NCBI GenBank assembly: GCA_902569095.1
Contig: CACFSX010000001.1
Coordinates: 9,575-73,574 of the forward strand
Reading direction: 5' to 3'
Source of the DNA: an uncultured Alphaproteobacteria bacterium
Lineage (GTDB): Bacteria; Pseudomonadota; Alphaproteobacteria; Methylaequorales; Methylaequoraceae
Length of the DNA stretch: 64,000 nt
In this document: piece after piece, positions 1 to 9,533 of the stretch
Layout: each line of letters opens with the position of its first letter
Position numbering within the stretch: the first letter of the stretch is position 1
Made by a program: the position numbers and the translations under genes
Notes under the pieces: generated by a model
The model's database searches: none
Seen by the model: the letters and a program-made list of their open reading frames with translations, nothing else
Told to the model about the DNA's origin: nothing

Positions 1-196
1 GAAGTTTCGTTGTTTTTAATTTTTTACATGCTTTTCTTATAGCAACTATCTCAGCATGCGAAGTTGGATCATGATTTTTAATCATGGAATTTGATGAAGA
101 GCTAATTATTTTATTACTTTCATCAACTAAAACACAACCAACTGGAATTTCATTATTTTTAAATGATTTTTTTGCTAAATTTAGAGCAATTTTCAT
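1..196 (-). CDS. tadA: tRNA-specific adenosine deaminase TadA, N-terminal part (3' end lies beyond the window start)
   Basis: Not in the ORF track because it runs off the window. Manual minus-strand translation from the ATG at 196-194 gives MKIALNLAKKSFKNNEIPVGCVLVDESNKIISSSSNSMIKNHDPTSHAEIVAIRKACKKLKTTKL. The PVG and H-A-E zinc-ligand motifs are typical of CMP/dCMP-type (TadA) deaminases. Confidence 0.75.
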   Translation of the reverse strand, partial: MKIALNLAKKSFKNNEIPVGCVLVDESNKIISSSSNSMIKNHDPTSHAEIVAIRKACKKLKTTKL

Positions 197-207
197 AAAA
201 TGTTCAT

Positions 208-591
208 TCATATAGTATCACACTGTTCTACAAAAACTTTTTCGCCTTCACTTACACTAATTAGTTTTGTTAAAGCAAAATCAGTTGTAGCCCAGACATT
301 GCATTTTGACGCTAGTCTTATTTCATTACCTACAGATATTGGGGTCCTCCCAAAACCAATTGCTATTGCTTTTCCAGTTGGCCAATAAGCAATCTCTCCT
401 ATTTTAATAATTTGTTTGGCTTTTTCCTCTATTTCAACGCTTATATTAGTGTTAAAATAAATTTCATGTCCCCAAGTATGGATCATGGAAGAAATGGGTA
501 ATGAATTCCAAATTTTATTTGCGGTTAGTGTTTTATTTAATTCGGCAATAATTTCATAATTATTTATAACAATTTTACAACTTCTTAGCAT
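208..591 (-). CDS. Cyclophilin-like fold protein (uncharacterised small protein)
   Basis: 127-aa ORF. The pattern AELNKTLTANKIWNSLP...WGHEIYF...GEIAYWPTGKAIAIGFG resembles the small cyclophilin-like/DUF3830-type family from memory. No catalytic assignment is possible. Confidence 0.5.
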   Translation of the reverse strand: MLRSCKIVINNYEIIAELNKTLTANKIWNSLPISSMIHTWGHEIYFNTNISVEIEEKAKQIIKIGEIAYWPTGKAIAIGFGRTPISVGNEIRLASKCNVWATTDFALTKLISVSEGEKVFVEQCDTI

Positions 592-634
592 ATGTTTAAT
601 ATATTAACATTTAGTAACTTTTTTTAAAAGATTA

Positions 635-1357
635 ATGAACAAGCCTGTAATTGGAATAACATTAGATGAGGAAGAAGAAAAAACATATTCAAAATATCCA
701 TGGTATGCAGCAAGAAAAAATTATTCTGAATCAATTGAAATTGCTGGTGGGGTGGCCATCTTTTTACCAAACAATGAAAAGGCAATAAATCAATACTTAA
801 CCTTTATAGACGGTCTCCTTGTGACTGGTGGCGATTTTGATATAGACCCGCAAATATATGGTCAAGAAAGAAAATCAGCTTTGAGAATTAAAAATAGCAG
901 AACTGATTTTGAATTCAAAATAACCAAAAAAGCTATTAAGAATAAAATCCCCGTACTTGGAATTTGTGGTGGACAACAGCTTATAAATGTTGTTCTAGGC
1001 GGAACTCTTGTTCAACATATTCCAGACATAACTAACTCTAATATAAATCATGAACAACCAAATCCCAGGAATGAGCCTAGCCACACAGTTCATATAAAGA
1101 AAAATACAATGCTTTTTAATTCTGTAAAAAGTACAAAAATGTTTGTTAATTCTGCACACCATCAAGCTGTTGACAAATTGGGGAAAAACCTAATTATCTC
1201 GGCCGTTTCAGAAGATGGTATTATTGAAGCGATAGAAACAAAAACATCTAATTATTGTCTTGGTGTCCAATGGCATCCTGAATTTCTTATTGACAAAAAA
1301 GACATCTACGTAATTAGATCATTAATTAAATCAGCAATGAAAAAAATTGACAAATAA
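635..1357 (+). CDS. Class I glutamine amidotransferase / peptidase C26 family (gamma-glutamyl-GABA hydrolase-like)
   Basis: 240 aa. Nucleophile elbow GICGGQQLIN, plus HHQAV and VQWHPEF motifs typical of PuuD/C26 amidotransferase-like hydrolases. Confidence 0.75.
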   Translation: MNKPVIGITLDEEEEKTYSKYPWYAARKNYSESIEIAGGVAIFLPNNEKAINQYLTFIDGLLVTGGDFDIDPQIYGQERKSALRIKNSRTDFEFKITKKAIKNKIPVLGICGGQQLINVVLGGTLVQHIPDITNSNINHEQPNPRNEPSHTVHIKKNTMLFNSVKSTKMFVNSAHHQAVDKLGKNLIISAVSEDGIIEAIETKTSNYCLGVQWHPEFLIDKKDIYVIRSLIKSAMKKIDK

Positions 1358-2090
1358 ATTAATAAGGTTGTCTAAATTAATTTCACATGCTGGAATTTGT
1401 TCAAGAAAAAATGCAGAATTTTTAATAAAAAAGGGTGATGTTAAAATTAATGATAAAATATTTAAAGAATTTTTTATTGAAAAAAATCTTATTAAATCAA
1501 TTAAGGTCAAAGATAAAGTTTTGTCAAAAATTCAAACAAGAATTTGGATTTTGAATAAACCATTTGGCTACGTAACATCAACAAAAGAACAATTTAATCA
1601 AAAAAGCATGTTTAGGTTAATTCCTCAAGATCTTCCAAGAGTTGTTTCGGTTGGTCGTCTGGATATACAATCCGAAGGTTTGTTGTTACTTACTACTAAC
1701 CCTAACCTATCTTCATATCTAGAGAACCCAAGTAATAAAATTGAAAGAAGATACATAGTAAAAGTTTCAGGAAAAATTCCTAAAAATTTAGATCAATTGG
1801 TTAAAAATCAAGTTTTAGTTGATGGTATTTTGTACAAAGGAGTTAAAATAAAACTTTCAAATAATATTAAAAAAAATATTATTGAAGTTTACTTAATTGA
1901 AGGTAAAAACAGAGAAATAAGAAAAATACTTAATTACTTCGATCTTAAAGTAGAGAAATTACAAAGAATAAGTTTTGGACCTTTCAAATTAAATGACATT
2001 AATATTGGAAATATTGTTGAAATTGAATCAAAACTTTTAAACAAATTTTTAATTTCAATAGGATTTAAGGATGAGAATAATTTCAGGTAA
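1347..2090 (+). CDS. Pseudouridine synthase, RsuA/RluB family (S4 domain plus catalytic domain)
   Basis: 247 aa. N-terminal S4-like RLSKLISHAGICSRKNAEFLIKKGDVKIN, catalytic GRLDIQSEGLLLLT motif and REIRK motif. Overlaps the upstream gene by 11 nt. Confidence 0.85.
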   Translation: MTNKLIRLSKLISHAGICSRKNAEFLIKKGDVKINDKIFKEFFIEKNLIKSIKVKDKVLSKIQTRIWILNKPFGYVTSTKEQFNQKSMFRLIPQDLPRVVSVGRLDIQSEGLLLLTTNPNLSSYLENPSNKIERRYIVKVSGKIPKNLDQLVKNQVLVDGILYKGVKIKLSNNIKKNIIEVYLIEGKNREIRKILNYFDLKVEKLQRISFGPFKLNDINIGNIVEIESKLLNKFLISIGFKDENNFR

Positions 2091-2628
2091 ATTAAAAAAA
2101 CGATTATTAAAGCCACCAAAAAATAATTCAATTCGTCCAACATCTGATAGAGCAAGGGAAATGATTTTCAATACACTTAACTCTATTTTCGTCAAGGAAA
2201 AAACAAATATTACAGAGAAATCAATCCTTGATTTATTTTGTGGTACTGGTGCTTTGGGCATTGAGGCTATTTCTAGAGGTGCAAGACATGTGACTTTCAT
2301 TGATTCCTCTAGTGAATCATTAGATTTGTGCAGAAGAAATTGTGAGGAGCTTGAAATAAATGAAAATATAGAAATTGTTAAACTGAACATAATAGAGGAT
2401 ACATTTCCAAAATTTAAAGATAATTTTGATTTATTTTTTTGCGATCCACCTTATCAAGTATATTCATTGAAATTCATTATTGACAAGATAAACAATTTAA
2501 TGAAAAAAAACTCCTATGGAGTGATAGAGCTCGGAGAAAGAATTAAAAATTTAGATTTTGACTCATTTAAAATTATTAAAATTAAGAGAGTTTCAAAATC
2601 GAGATTTCTTTTTATTAAAAAGGATTAG
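2071..2628 (+). CDS. rsmD: 16S rRNA (guanine966-N2)-methyltransferase RsmD
   Basis: 185 aa. MRIISGKLKKRLLKPP...IRPTSDRAREMIFN N-terminus, SAM motif DLFCGTGALGIEAISRGA and DPPY motif. Confidence 0.85.
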   Translation: MRIISGKLKKRLLKPPKNNSIRPTSDRAREMIFNTLNSIFVKEKTNITEKSILDLFCGTGALGIEAISRGARHVTFIDSSSESLDLCRRNCEELEINENIEIVKLNIIEDTFPKFKDNFDLFFCDPPYQVYSLKFIIDKINNLMKKNSYGVIELGERIKNLDFDSFKIIKIKRVSKSRFLFIKKD

Positions 2629-2629
2629 G

Positions 2630-4372
2630 TCATTTCCTTCCAAATAATTTTTCTATCTCGCCAATATTTAACTTTATGAAAGTTGGTCTTCCATGATTGC
2701 ATTGTTCAGAAAGTTTGGTGTTTTCCATTTTTCTTAATAAATCATTCATTTCCTCTATTTCAAGTTTTCTTCCAGATCTTATTGAACCGTGACATGCGAT
2801 TGTTGAACAAATTTTATTAACTTCGGTTTCTAATAAATCAAAAGAATCCTCATTAACAATTTCATTCACTACTGCATCAACCAAACTTTTAACATTACAA
2901 TCTGAAACTAAAGATGGTATTTCCCTTACAATTATTGAATTTGATCCAAATACGTCTATTTTTAACCCGAACATCGCCAAGTTTTGAAATTTTTTTGCTG
3001 AATCTTTAATAACTAGATTGTCTAGATTTAAAACAATAGGAATTAATAAAAGTTGTGTCTTTATTTTATTTGAATAGTAATCTTTTTTTAAATTTTCGTA
3101 TACAATTCGCTCATGAGCAGCATGTTGATCTACTATAATTATTCCTTCTTCAGTCTCTGAAATTATAAAATTACCATGAAACTGACTTTTAGCATACCCC
3201 AGCGGATGAAACTCTTTTGGCTTGCTTGATTCGTGAGATGAATTAGAGTTATTATCATCATTGTGATTTAAATTATTTATTTCTTTAAGTTTTATTTTTT
3301 CTTGAAAATTATTATTATAATTTTGCTTATCGAAAGATTTTAACGATTTGAATTTATTATTTTTAAAATTTATATCTTCAAACGCGTTCCTAAATTTTTT
3401 TATTATAAATGATTTTAGAAATTTAAAGTCACTAAACCTTACCTCGTTTTTCATTGGATGCACATTTATATCAACCCAATCAAGAGGACACTTAATATTC
3501 AGTATAAGTTGCGGAAATCTGTCGTGAAACATTACATCTTTATATGCAACCCTAAATATAGAGTTCAAAGTCTTGTCGTTAATTACTCTTCCGTTTACGG
3601 AAACAAATTGATTATTTGAATTTGAGTAATTGAAGGTTGGATATCCAATGAGCCCGGAAAGTGATAAATTTGCAGTATTAGCATCAAGATCAATTGAATT
3701 TTCGACAAAGTCTGTACCTAAAATTTGATTAACTCTACTAAAAAATCTATGTTTTGCCTCCTTTTCTTTTGTTGGGGATGCCTTAATTGTAATGTTATTA
3801 TTAAGGTAAAGATTAAATTCTTTGTCATAATGAATAAGAGCAAACTTTTGAATAAGTCTTTTAATTAAAGTGGATTCATAATTTTCAGATTTAAGAAATT
3901 TCAATCTTGCAGGTGTTGAAAAAAATAAATTTTTGACTTTAACGGTACTTCCTTTTTTCTGATTCTTAGGTTTTACATATTTAACTATTCCAGAGACAAT
4001 CTTAATCTCATAACCCTCTGAATTATTATTTTGATTTGAACTTATTGAAAAATCTGAAACAGAAGCTATCGAGGATAATGCCTCACCCCTAAAGCCCATA
4101 GTTTTTATACAATTTAAATTCGATGAATTAAGTTTCGAAGTTGTATGCCTCAAGACAGCTTTTTCTAATTCATCTTTTTTTATACCTTGACCATCATCTG
4201 AAACTATTATCTCACTTTTACCTCCATTTCTGATAAAAATGTCTATTTTCTTTGCCTCAGCATCAATACTATTTTCTACCAGTTCTTTTACGGCTGAAGC
4301 TGGTCTCTCTAAAACTTCTCCAGCTGCTATCTTATTTATTAAGCTGTCTGATAAAAACCTTATCTCACTCAT
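2630..4372 (-). CDS. mutL: DNA mismatch repair protein MutL
   Basis: 580 aa. N-terminal GHKL ATPase motifs (INKIAAGEVLERPASAVKELVENSIDA, DDGQGI, GFRGEAL) and a C-terminal dimerisation domain (QHAAHERI..., ACHGSIRSG). Confidence 0.95.
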   Translation of the reverse strand: MSEIRFLSDSLINKIAAGEVLERPASAVKELVENSIDAEAKKIDIFIRNGGKSEIIVSDDGQGIKKDELEKAVLRHTTSKLNSSNLNCIKTMGFRGEALSSIASVSDFSISSNQNNNSEGYEIKIVSGIVKYVKPKNQKKGSTVKVKNLFFSTPARLKFLKSENYESTLIKRLIQKFALIHYDKEFNLYLNNNITIKASPTKEKEAKHRFFSRVNQILGTDFVENSIDLDANTANLSLSGLIGYPTFNYSNSNNQFVSVNGRVINDKTLNSIFRVAYKDVMFHDRFPQLILNIKCPLDWVDINVHPMKNEVRFSDFKFLKSFIIKKFRNAFEDINFKNNKFKSLKSFDKQNYNNNFQEKIKLKEINNLNHNDDNNSNSSHESSKPKEFHPLGYAKSQFHGNFIISETEEGIIIVDQHAAHERIVYENLKKDYYSNKIKTQLLLIPIVLNLDNLVIKDSAKKFQNLAMFGLKIDVFGSNSIIVREIPSLVSDCNVKSLVDAVVNEIVNEDSFDLLETEVNKICSTIACHGSIRSGRKLEIEEMNDLLRKMENTKLSEQCNHGRPTFIKLNIGEIEKLFGRK

Positions 4373-5612
4373 TATATTTTAGAAATCTTTTAGTTAATTT
4401 TTTCCCCTCCTCCACTGCAGGTTGATCAAACGGATTAACCTGAAGTAGAAAGCAGCTAAAGATTGTTTCTATGAAAAAAAACATCATTAGACTTCCAATA
4501 AAACTCTCATTAAATGACTTCAAAGTAATTTTTCTAATGGGCATTTTCTTGTTACTAATAGTCTTAATAGTTGCATTCATCTCCGCATTCAATAATCTTT
4601 CCAAAGACTTATGATGAAGATCAAGAAATATTTTGGATTTGGAATAACTACAATCTATTTTTGTTCCCTTTTTATCTTTTTTTTTTCCAATAAACGTAAA
4701 AAACTTATCTCTTGGACCATCCAAATAGAGTTGTAGTTGACTATGCTGATCAACCGTACCTAGAGCATTTATTGGAGTTATTCCCTTACCTGCTTTTCCG
4801 ATACTTTCAGCCCATAGTTGTCTATACCAAAATGATAAATTGTTTAATGAATCATGGTATGGCATGATAATGGACATATTCACACCTTTTTTTTGGAGTT
4901 TAATTAAATCTGATATGGGTGTAAAGTAATAGTCAAACTTCTTTTCAGTCTGAATTTCCTTTAAGAAACTTTTACCTCCATTACAAAAACTCTTTATATC
5001 AAAACCAATAGTTTTTGCTGGAGTAAGACCAACAATTGAAAAAACAGAATATCTTCCCCCAATATTTGTGGGGTGTGGATAAAAATCTAACTTTTCGCTC
5101 TCTTGAATTTCTTTAAGTGTGCTTTCTTTATCTTCAGATATGATAAAAAATCTTTTTTTTCTAGAAATTTTTTTTTTCCTAAATTCATTATAGATAAAGA
5201 AAAACTGAGAAATTGTTTCAATCGTCTCACCAGACTTTGATGTCACAACACAGGCTGATTTTCTTAAATCAATATGTTTTAGTAAATTGATTATAGAGGA
5301 TGAATCGACATTTTCTAAAAAAAAAACTCTTGGTTTTGTGATATTTATAAATGTATTATCCATTAATGAAACAAGAGTTTTTCCACCCAAACTAGAACCA
5401 CCTGTTCCTAAAAATAATATGTTTTCGAATTCTTTAAGTTTATCAGAAAATTCCGAAATAATTGAGAAGTCCTTGTTATATAAATCTTGAATAAAACCAA
5501 AGGATTTGCTTTTTATAGATTCTAAGATTTTTGTTCTTGCTCTAACATAATGAAGCTTTTGTGTCTTTTTTATTTTGCTATCTAAATTAAATGTTTCTTG
5601 TAAAAAAATCAT
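4365..5612 (-). CDS. pgi: Glucose-6-phosphate isomerase (short type)
   Basis: 415 aa. SIS-domain motifs GTGGSSLGGK, VTSKSGETIET, GGRYSVFS and DQHSQLQLYLDGP. 8-nt overlap with mutL. Confidence 0.85.
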   Translation of the reverse strand: MIFLQETFNLDSKIKKTQKLHYVRARTKILESIKSKSFGFIQDLYNKDFSIISEFSDKLKEFENILFLGTGGSSLGGKTLVSLMDNTFINITKPRVFFLENVDSSSIINLLKHIDLRKSACVVTSKSGETIETISQFFFIYNEFRKKKISRKKRFFIISEDKESTLKEIQESEKLDFYPHPTNIGGRYSVFSIVGLTPAKTIGFDIKSFCNGGKSFLKEIQTEKKFDYYFTPISDLIKLQKKGVNMSIIMPYHDSLNNLSFWYRQLWAESIGKAGKGITPINALGTVDQHSQLQLYLDGPRDKFFTFIGKKKDKKGTKIDCSYSKSKIFLDLHHKSLERLLNAEMNATIKTISNKKMPIRKITLKSFNESFIGSLMMFFFIETIFSCFLLQVNPFDQPAVEEGKKLTKRFLKYNE

Positions 5613-6898
5613 TAGCTCTCTGGCTGTCCTACAATCATAAAAAATAACTTTTCATTTGAAAAATATTTTGCAATCACGTTGTTCACTTTTTCTAGATCAA
5701 GACTATTAATTATTTTCTCTCTTTTGCTAAAATAGTTAGCACCAAGATCATAATATTGAACAACTTGCAATAATCTTGCAATAGATAGAGTGCTTGTAAA
5801 ATTCCTTGTAAATGAACCATTAAAATAGGCTTTTGCATTATCCAACTCTTGTTTTGTAATTCCTCGTGAATAAATTTTTTTCCATTCTTTTTTTACATTT
5901 TGAATTGTTTCAAACACAGACATGTTCCTTGTCTGGAACCCCCCAACAATAACACCATCATTTTCATAGGACAATAAATATGAATAAATCGAATAAACAA
6001 GACCTTTTTTTTCTCTTATATTTTTATACAAACGAGATTGAAATCCCCCACCACCCAAAATATAATTTGCAATTCTGAGAGCAAAAAAATTCTCATTTTT
6101 CCTCTCTAACCCAGGGTGACCAAATAAAACGCTAGTTTGTGGTGTTTTCATTTCAAAAATTTTTTCACCAATTGATAAGGACTTAAATTTCTGAATAGAA
6201 TGAATTTCTTTATTATTTTTAAGTTCTCCAAAAACAAGTTCAATATATTTTTTTATTTGACTAACATTTACATTTCCGGCAACACCAATAATTAAATTAT
6301 TTCTTGCAATGGATCTTTTATGGAAGTCTACTAAATCAAATTTTGTAATATTTTTTATTGAATCTATCGATCCTTTAATATTTTTAGAAAAAACATGATC
6401 TTTGAAAAAGTGATAATTAAACTTATTTGAAGCTAAAGTAGATAAATCAGATTCATCAATTTTTATACTTGATATAAGCTGTCTCTTCACTCTCTCAATA
6501 TCAACTTCATTGAAGCTAGGATGGTTTACAGCTTCATAGAATAATTCAAATCCTTCCTTAGCTTGAGAGGAAATAATTTGAAAAACACCATCAATCTTAT
6601 CTTTCTGAGTAGAAAAGCTCAACTTCATTCCTTTCATTTTCATTTCATTTTTAAATTGATCTGAAGTTAAATTTCTAGTTCCTTCGTCTAGCAGAGATGT
6701 CATCAAATTTGAAATACCATTTTTATCACTGGTATCAATTGAACTACCCCCTTTAAAACTAAAACTTACACTTACGATTGGTATTGATTTGTCTTCGACA
6801 AACCAAAATTCAATTCCAGACTTAGTTTTAAGGTTTTGGTATTCAAAAGCTTCTAAGTTTTTAAATATCAGTAAAAAAAATAAAAAAATTAATTTCAA
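5612..6898 (-). CDS. M16 family zinc peptidase-like protein, non-catalytic type (no HxxEH)
   Basis: 428 aa with a signal peptide (MKLIFLFFLLIFKNLEA). M16 fold, but the zinc-motif position reads GISNLMTSLLDEGT instead of HxxEH. Coupled to the upstream M16 gene by an ATGA overlap. Confidence 0.8.
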   Translation of the reverse strand: MKLIFLFFLLIFKNLEAFEYQNLKTKSGIEFWFVEDKSIPIVSVSFSFKGGSSIDTSDKNGISNLMTSLLDEGTRNLTSDQFKNEMKMKGMKLSFSTQKDKIDGVFQIISSQAKEGFELFYEAVNHPSFNEVDIERVKRQLISSIKIDESDLSTLASNKFNYHFFKDHVFSKNIKGSIDSIKNITKFDLVDFHKRSIARNNLIIGVAGNVNVSQIKKYIELVFGELKNNKEIHSIQKFKSLSIGEKIFEMKTPQTSVLFGHPGLERKNENFFALRIANYILGGGGFQSRLYKNIREKKGLVYSIYSYLLSYENDGVIVGGFQTRNMSVFETIQNVKKEWKKIYSRGITKQELDNAKAYFNGSFTRNFTSTLSIARLLQVVQYYDLGANYFSKREKIINSLDLEKVNNVIAKYFSNEKLFFMIVGQPES

Positions 6899-8205
6899 TT
6901 CCTCAAGTTTCCTGTAACAAAATTGTAATTTTTCGAAAATTCTTTTAACTCCTTCTTTACCATTTCTAAATTTATCTCATCAAGTTTATAATTCCAATTT
7001 TCAATATCATTGATAGTCAAACCAATCGTTAGGGCTTCTCCAATAATTTCAGCAGGTTTTAAAATTCCATCCATTCCATAAATACTATCATAGTAATATT
7101 TTTTCTTTTCTAATATTAATTTTTCCTCAGTGACTCCCTTTTCTATAGCTTGTGCTATAAATTTATCTAACAATTCGCTTATTTCATTTTGTTCAATTTT
7201 TTTATTGGGTATTGCATAGAAATAAATGTATCCATTTCCTTTAGTTAAACCCTGAAAAAATCCCCCAACCATTGAAAACAATTTTTTTTTATTAACAAAC
7301 TCCTCGTATAGTAAACTAGAGGTTCCTCCAGCAAGAATTTTCATTCCAAGATCTAACGCAATTGCTTTAGTTATTGATTCATTATAAGACTTAGTTCTGT
7401 ATATTCTCTTCCAAATTTGTTGCTTCACATTTTCGTTTCTTAGCTCAACATTTGTTGATGTTTTTAGATCAGGATTGTTAAGTTTCTTAAGGTTTAGTTT
7501 TTTTCCGGGTTTTATGAATTTATAATATTTATTTACTAATTTTTTAGCATTTTTGAATTTTATATCTCCTGACAAAACTAAAATAGCGTTGCTAGGGTTA
7601 TAATTTTCTTTATAAAACTCCATTACATTATCGAAGGAGAGATTTTCAATTTCATGCTTCCATCCAATTATAGGGCGACCATAATAATCGTTTGGAAACA
7701 GCACCGTCCTCATGGACTCATCCAGTTGTGCAGATGGATCACTTTCAATTCTTTGAAATCTTTCTTCCAAAATTACTTTTTTCTCAATTTCTACATTTTT
7801 CTGGGTCAGAGTTAGGTTCTTCATTCTATCAGCTTCGAGTTCAATAATTTTTTCCACATGTTGCTTTGGAAAAATTTGGTAATATGCTGTGTAATCGTAA
7901 CTCGTAAATGCATTTTCACTTCCACCTATTTTTGAAATATAGTCTGAAAAATAACTTTTAGGATATTTTTTTGTCCCTTTAAACATTAAATGTTCCATAA
8001 AATGAGCTAAACCACTTTTCCCTCTTTGTTCAATATTTGATCCAAAATTATACCACATCATTTGAGCAACTACTGGTGCTCTAGAATTTTCTACAACTAT
8101 CAATTTCAAACCATTTTCTAAAGTAGTCGATTTAGCGTTAAAATTGATATTTGATTTAGACTCAAAACAAAATAGTAGAATGAGTAAAATTCCAACTATC
8201 TTCAT
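6895..8205 (-). CDS. M16 family zinc peptidase (pitrilysin-like, catalytic subunit)
   Basis: 436 aa with a signal peptide and an inverted zinc motif, GLAHFMEHLMFKGT (HxxEH). Confidence 0.9.
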   Translation of the reverse strand: MKIVGILLILLFCFESKSNINFNAKSTTLENGLKLIVVENSRAPVVAQMMWYNFGSNIEQRGKSGLAHFMEHLMFKGTKKYPKSYFSDYISKIGGSENAFTSYDYTAYYQIFPKQHVEKIIELEADRMKNLTLTQKNVEIEKKVILEERFQRIESDPSAQLDESMRTVLFPNDYYGRPIIGWKHEIENLSFDNVMEFYKENYNPSNAILVLSGDIKFKNAKKLVNKYYKFIKPGKKLNLKKLNNPDLKTSTNVELRNENVKQQIWKRIYRTKSYNESITKAIALDLGMKILAGGTSSLLYEEFVNKKKLFSMVGGFFQGLTKGNGYIYFYAIPNKKIEQNEISELLDKFIAQAIEKGVTEEKLILEKKKYYYDSIYGMDGILKPAEIIGEALTIGLTINDIENWNYKLDEINLEMVKKELKEFSKNYNFVTGNLRN

Positions 8206-8790
8206 TTAATCAATAATTGGTAAGTTTTCTAAGCTCTGGATTGAATCCATCGGAATGGATTTTCTGCTTCCAACGTCTTCAAAATATTGTTGTTGAGGTC
8301 TTAAGAAAGATGTTACATTCTGATCGGGTAAATATCTTCTTGAGAAATTATAGCCTTTGTCGTATATGGGCCTATAATAAAGATTACCTCGTTTAAAACC
8401 TTCGACATATTGTCCATACACCCACTGCCCGATTGTAAATTTTTTGTTCTCTTTAAATCGTTCAAGTGAATCCGAAGGAGTTTTTGATGATTCGATACTA
8501 ATTTTTGGAGCGATGTAATTTTTTACTCGAGGTTGAATGCTTTGATAATTTGGCTGCTGAAAATTATCATAATTTACTATCTGATTAGTCTTTTTTTCAT
8601 ATCTGAATTCATTTTTCTTAGCAACTTTTTCAAAATCTGGTGGGAGAACTAATTCCGGCGTGTCTTCAAATAAGTCTGTCTCAAGGTTAGGTTTGTTCAG
8701 CCCAGCAATATCTTGAAGTGTTTCACAAGAACTTATAATAAAAATTGATAAAATGAAAAGTCCCTTTAAGTAATTATTAATCATAATCAT
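8206..8790 (-). CDS. Putative lipoprotein (DUF3035-like)
   Basis: The ORF track starts at 8808. An internal Met at 8790 or 8784 gives a cleaner lipoprotein signal (MIMINNYLKGLFILSIFIISS|C). The PELVLPPDFEK segment and the position downstream of lspA and upstream of the M16 pair recall alphaproteobacterial DUF3035 lipoproteins (from memory). Confidence 0.5.
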   Translation of the reverse strand: MIMINNYLKGLFILSIFIISSCETLQDIAGLNKPNLETDLFEDTPELVLPPDFEKVAKKNEFRYEKKTNQIVNYDNFQQPNYQSIQPRVKNYIAPKISIESSKTPSDSLERFKENKKFTIGQWVYGQYVEGFKRGNLYYRPIYDKGYNFSRRYLPDQNVTSFLRPQQQYFEDVGSRKSIPMDSIQSLENLPIID

Positions 8791-9430
8791 CACACATAAA
8801 CCCACCATTTACATAATCTTCTTTCACCTTAACACAGTCATTTTGTATTCCAAATAATTCCATCTCTTCTTCCAGCGTGATAGTGGGTTTGATATTTTGT
8901 TTTTGTATAGTACTGCCTAAACTTTGATTAGGTGGGAAACTTTGCATATTCGGATTTAACGTTTTAGGAATGCCGAGATTATTAGAATATGAATATGGGA
9001 GTGGGGCCGCCTGATCAATTGAGTATTGAGGAAATGGTGGTGGGGGTGGGGCTAGCATGGGGGTACCATTTGGTCCAACATAGTAATATTGTCTTTGACT
9101 TCTATAAATTGGATTGTAATAAGGCTGAACATTAGCTTGAGGTTGGAAATTTTGTTGACTAAAACTTTGTTCTTGAGTTGCGCCAGATCCGAAGTAACTA
9201 TCGTCAGGAATAGCATATTCTGGAACTTCTACGGCTTCTTCTATTATTACAGCTTCGCTTTGCTCCGGCTCACCTTCATCCCAGAAATTGACTGAATCAT
9301 ATATGAAGTCTCCGGCCTCACTTATCGAATCCAAAGTTGAATCAACAGTAGACTCGATAGTTGAACATGACTGCAAAAACAAAATGAGCATTGATATCGA
9401 CAATGTTCTAATTGTACTAGTGGTTTGCAT
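8777..9430 (-). CDS. Putative lipoprotein with a P/Q/N/Y-rich low-complexity region
   Basis: 217 aa. Signal peptide plus lipobox (LILFLQS|C), an acidic stretch, then a Q/P/N/Y-rich segment including PPPPPFPQY, and a Cys-containing C-terminus (NDCVKVKEDYVNGGFMCDDYD). I recognise no family. Confidence 0.5.
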   Translation of the reverse strand: MQTTSTIRTLSISMLILFLQSCSTIESTVDSTLDSISEAGDFIYDSVNFWDEGEPEQSEAVIIEEAVEVPEYAIPDDSYFGSGATQEQSFSQQNFQPQANVQPYYNPIYRSQRQYYYVGPNGTPMLAPPPPPFPQYSIDQAAPLPYSYSNNLGIPKTLNPNMQSFPPNQSLGSTIQKQNIKPTITLEEEMELFGIQNDCVKVKEDYVNGGFMCDDYD

Positions 9431-9533
9431 AATTATACTATATATAGTGTTTTATTTAACATTTATACAAACATTTTGTTGCTTGTAAAGTATATAAATT
9501 AACATTACTTTAAAACTTTGGAAAGCACAATTC

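Noticed and set aside
596-607. Perfect AT-only palindromes in divergent spacers: TTAATATATTAA (596-607) and AAGAATTAATTCTT (18378-18391). These could be operators.
   Set aside because: At this base composition, my rough estimate is on the order of ten perfect 14-bp palindromes per 64 kb by chance (match probability per pair about 0.29, raised to the seventh power). That is not distinguishable from background without genome-wide statistics.
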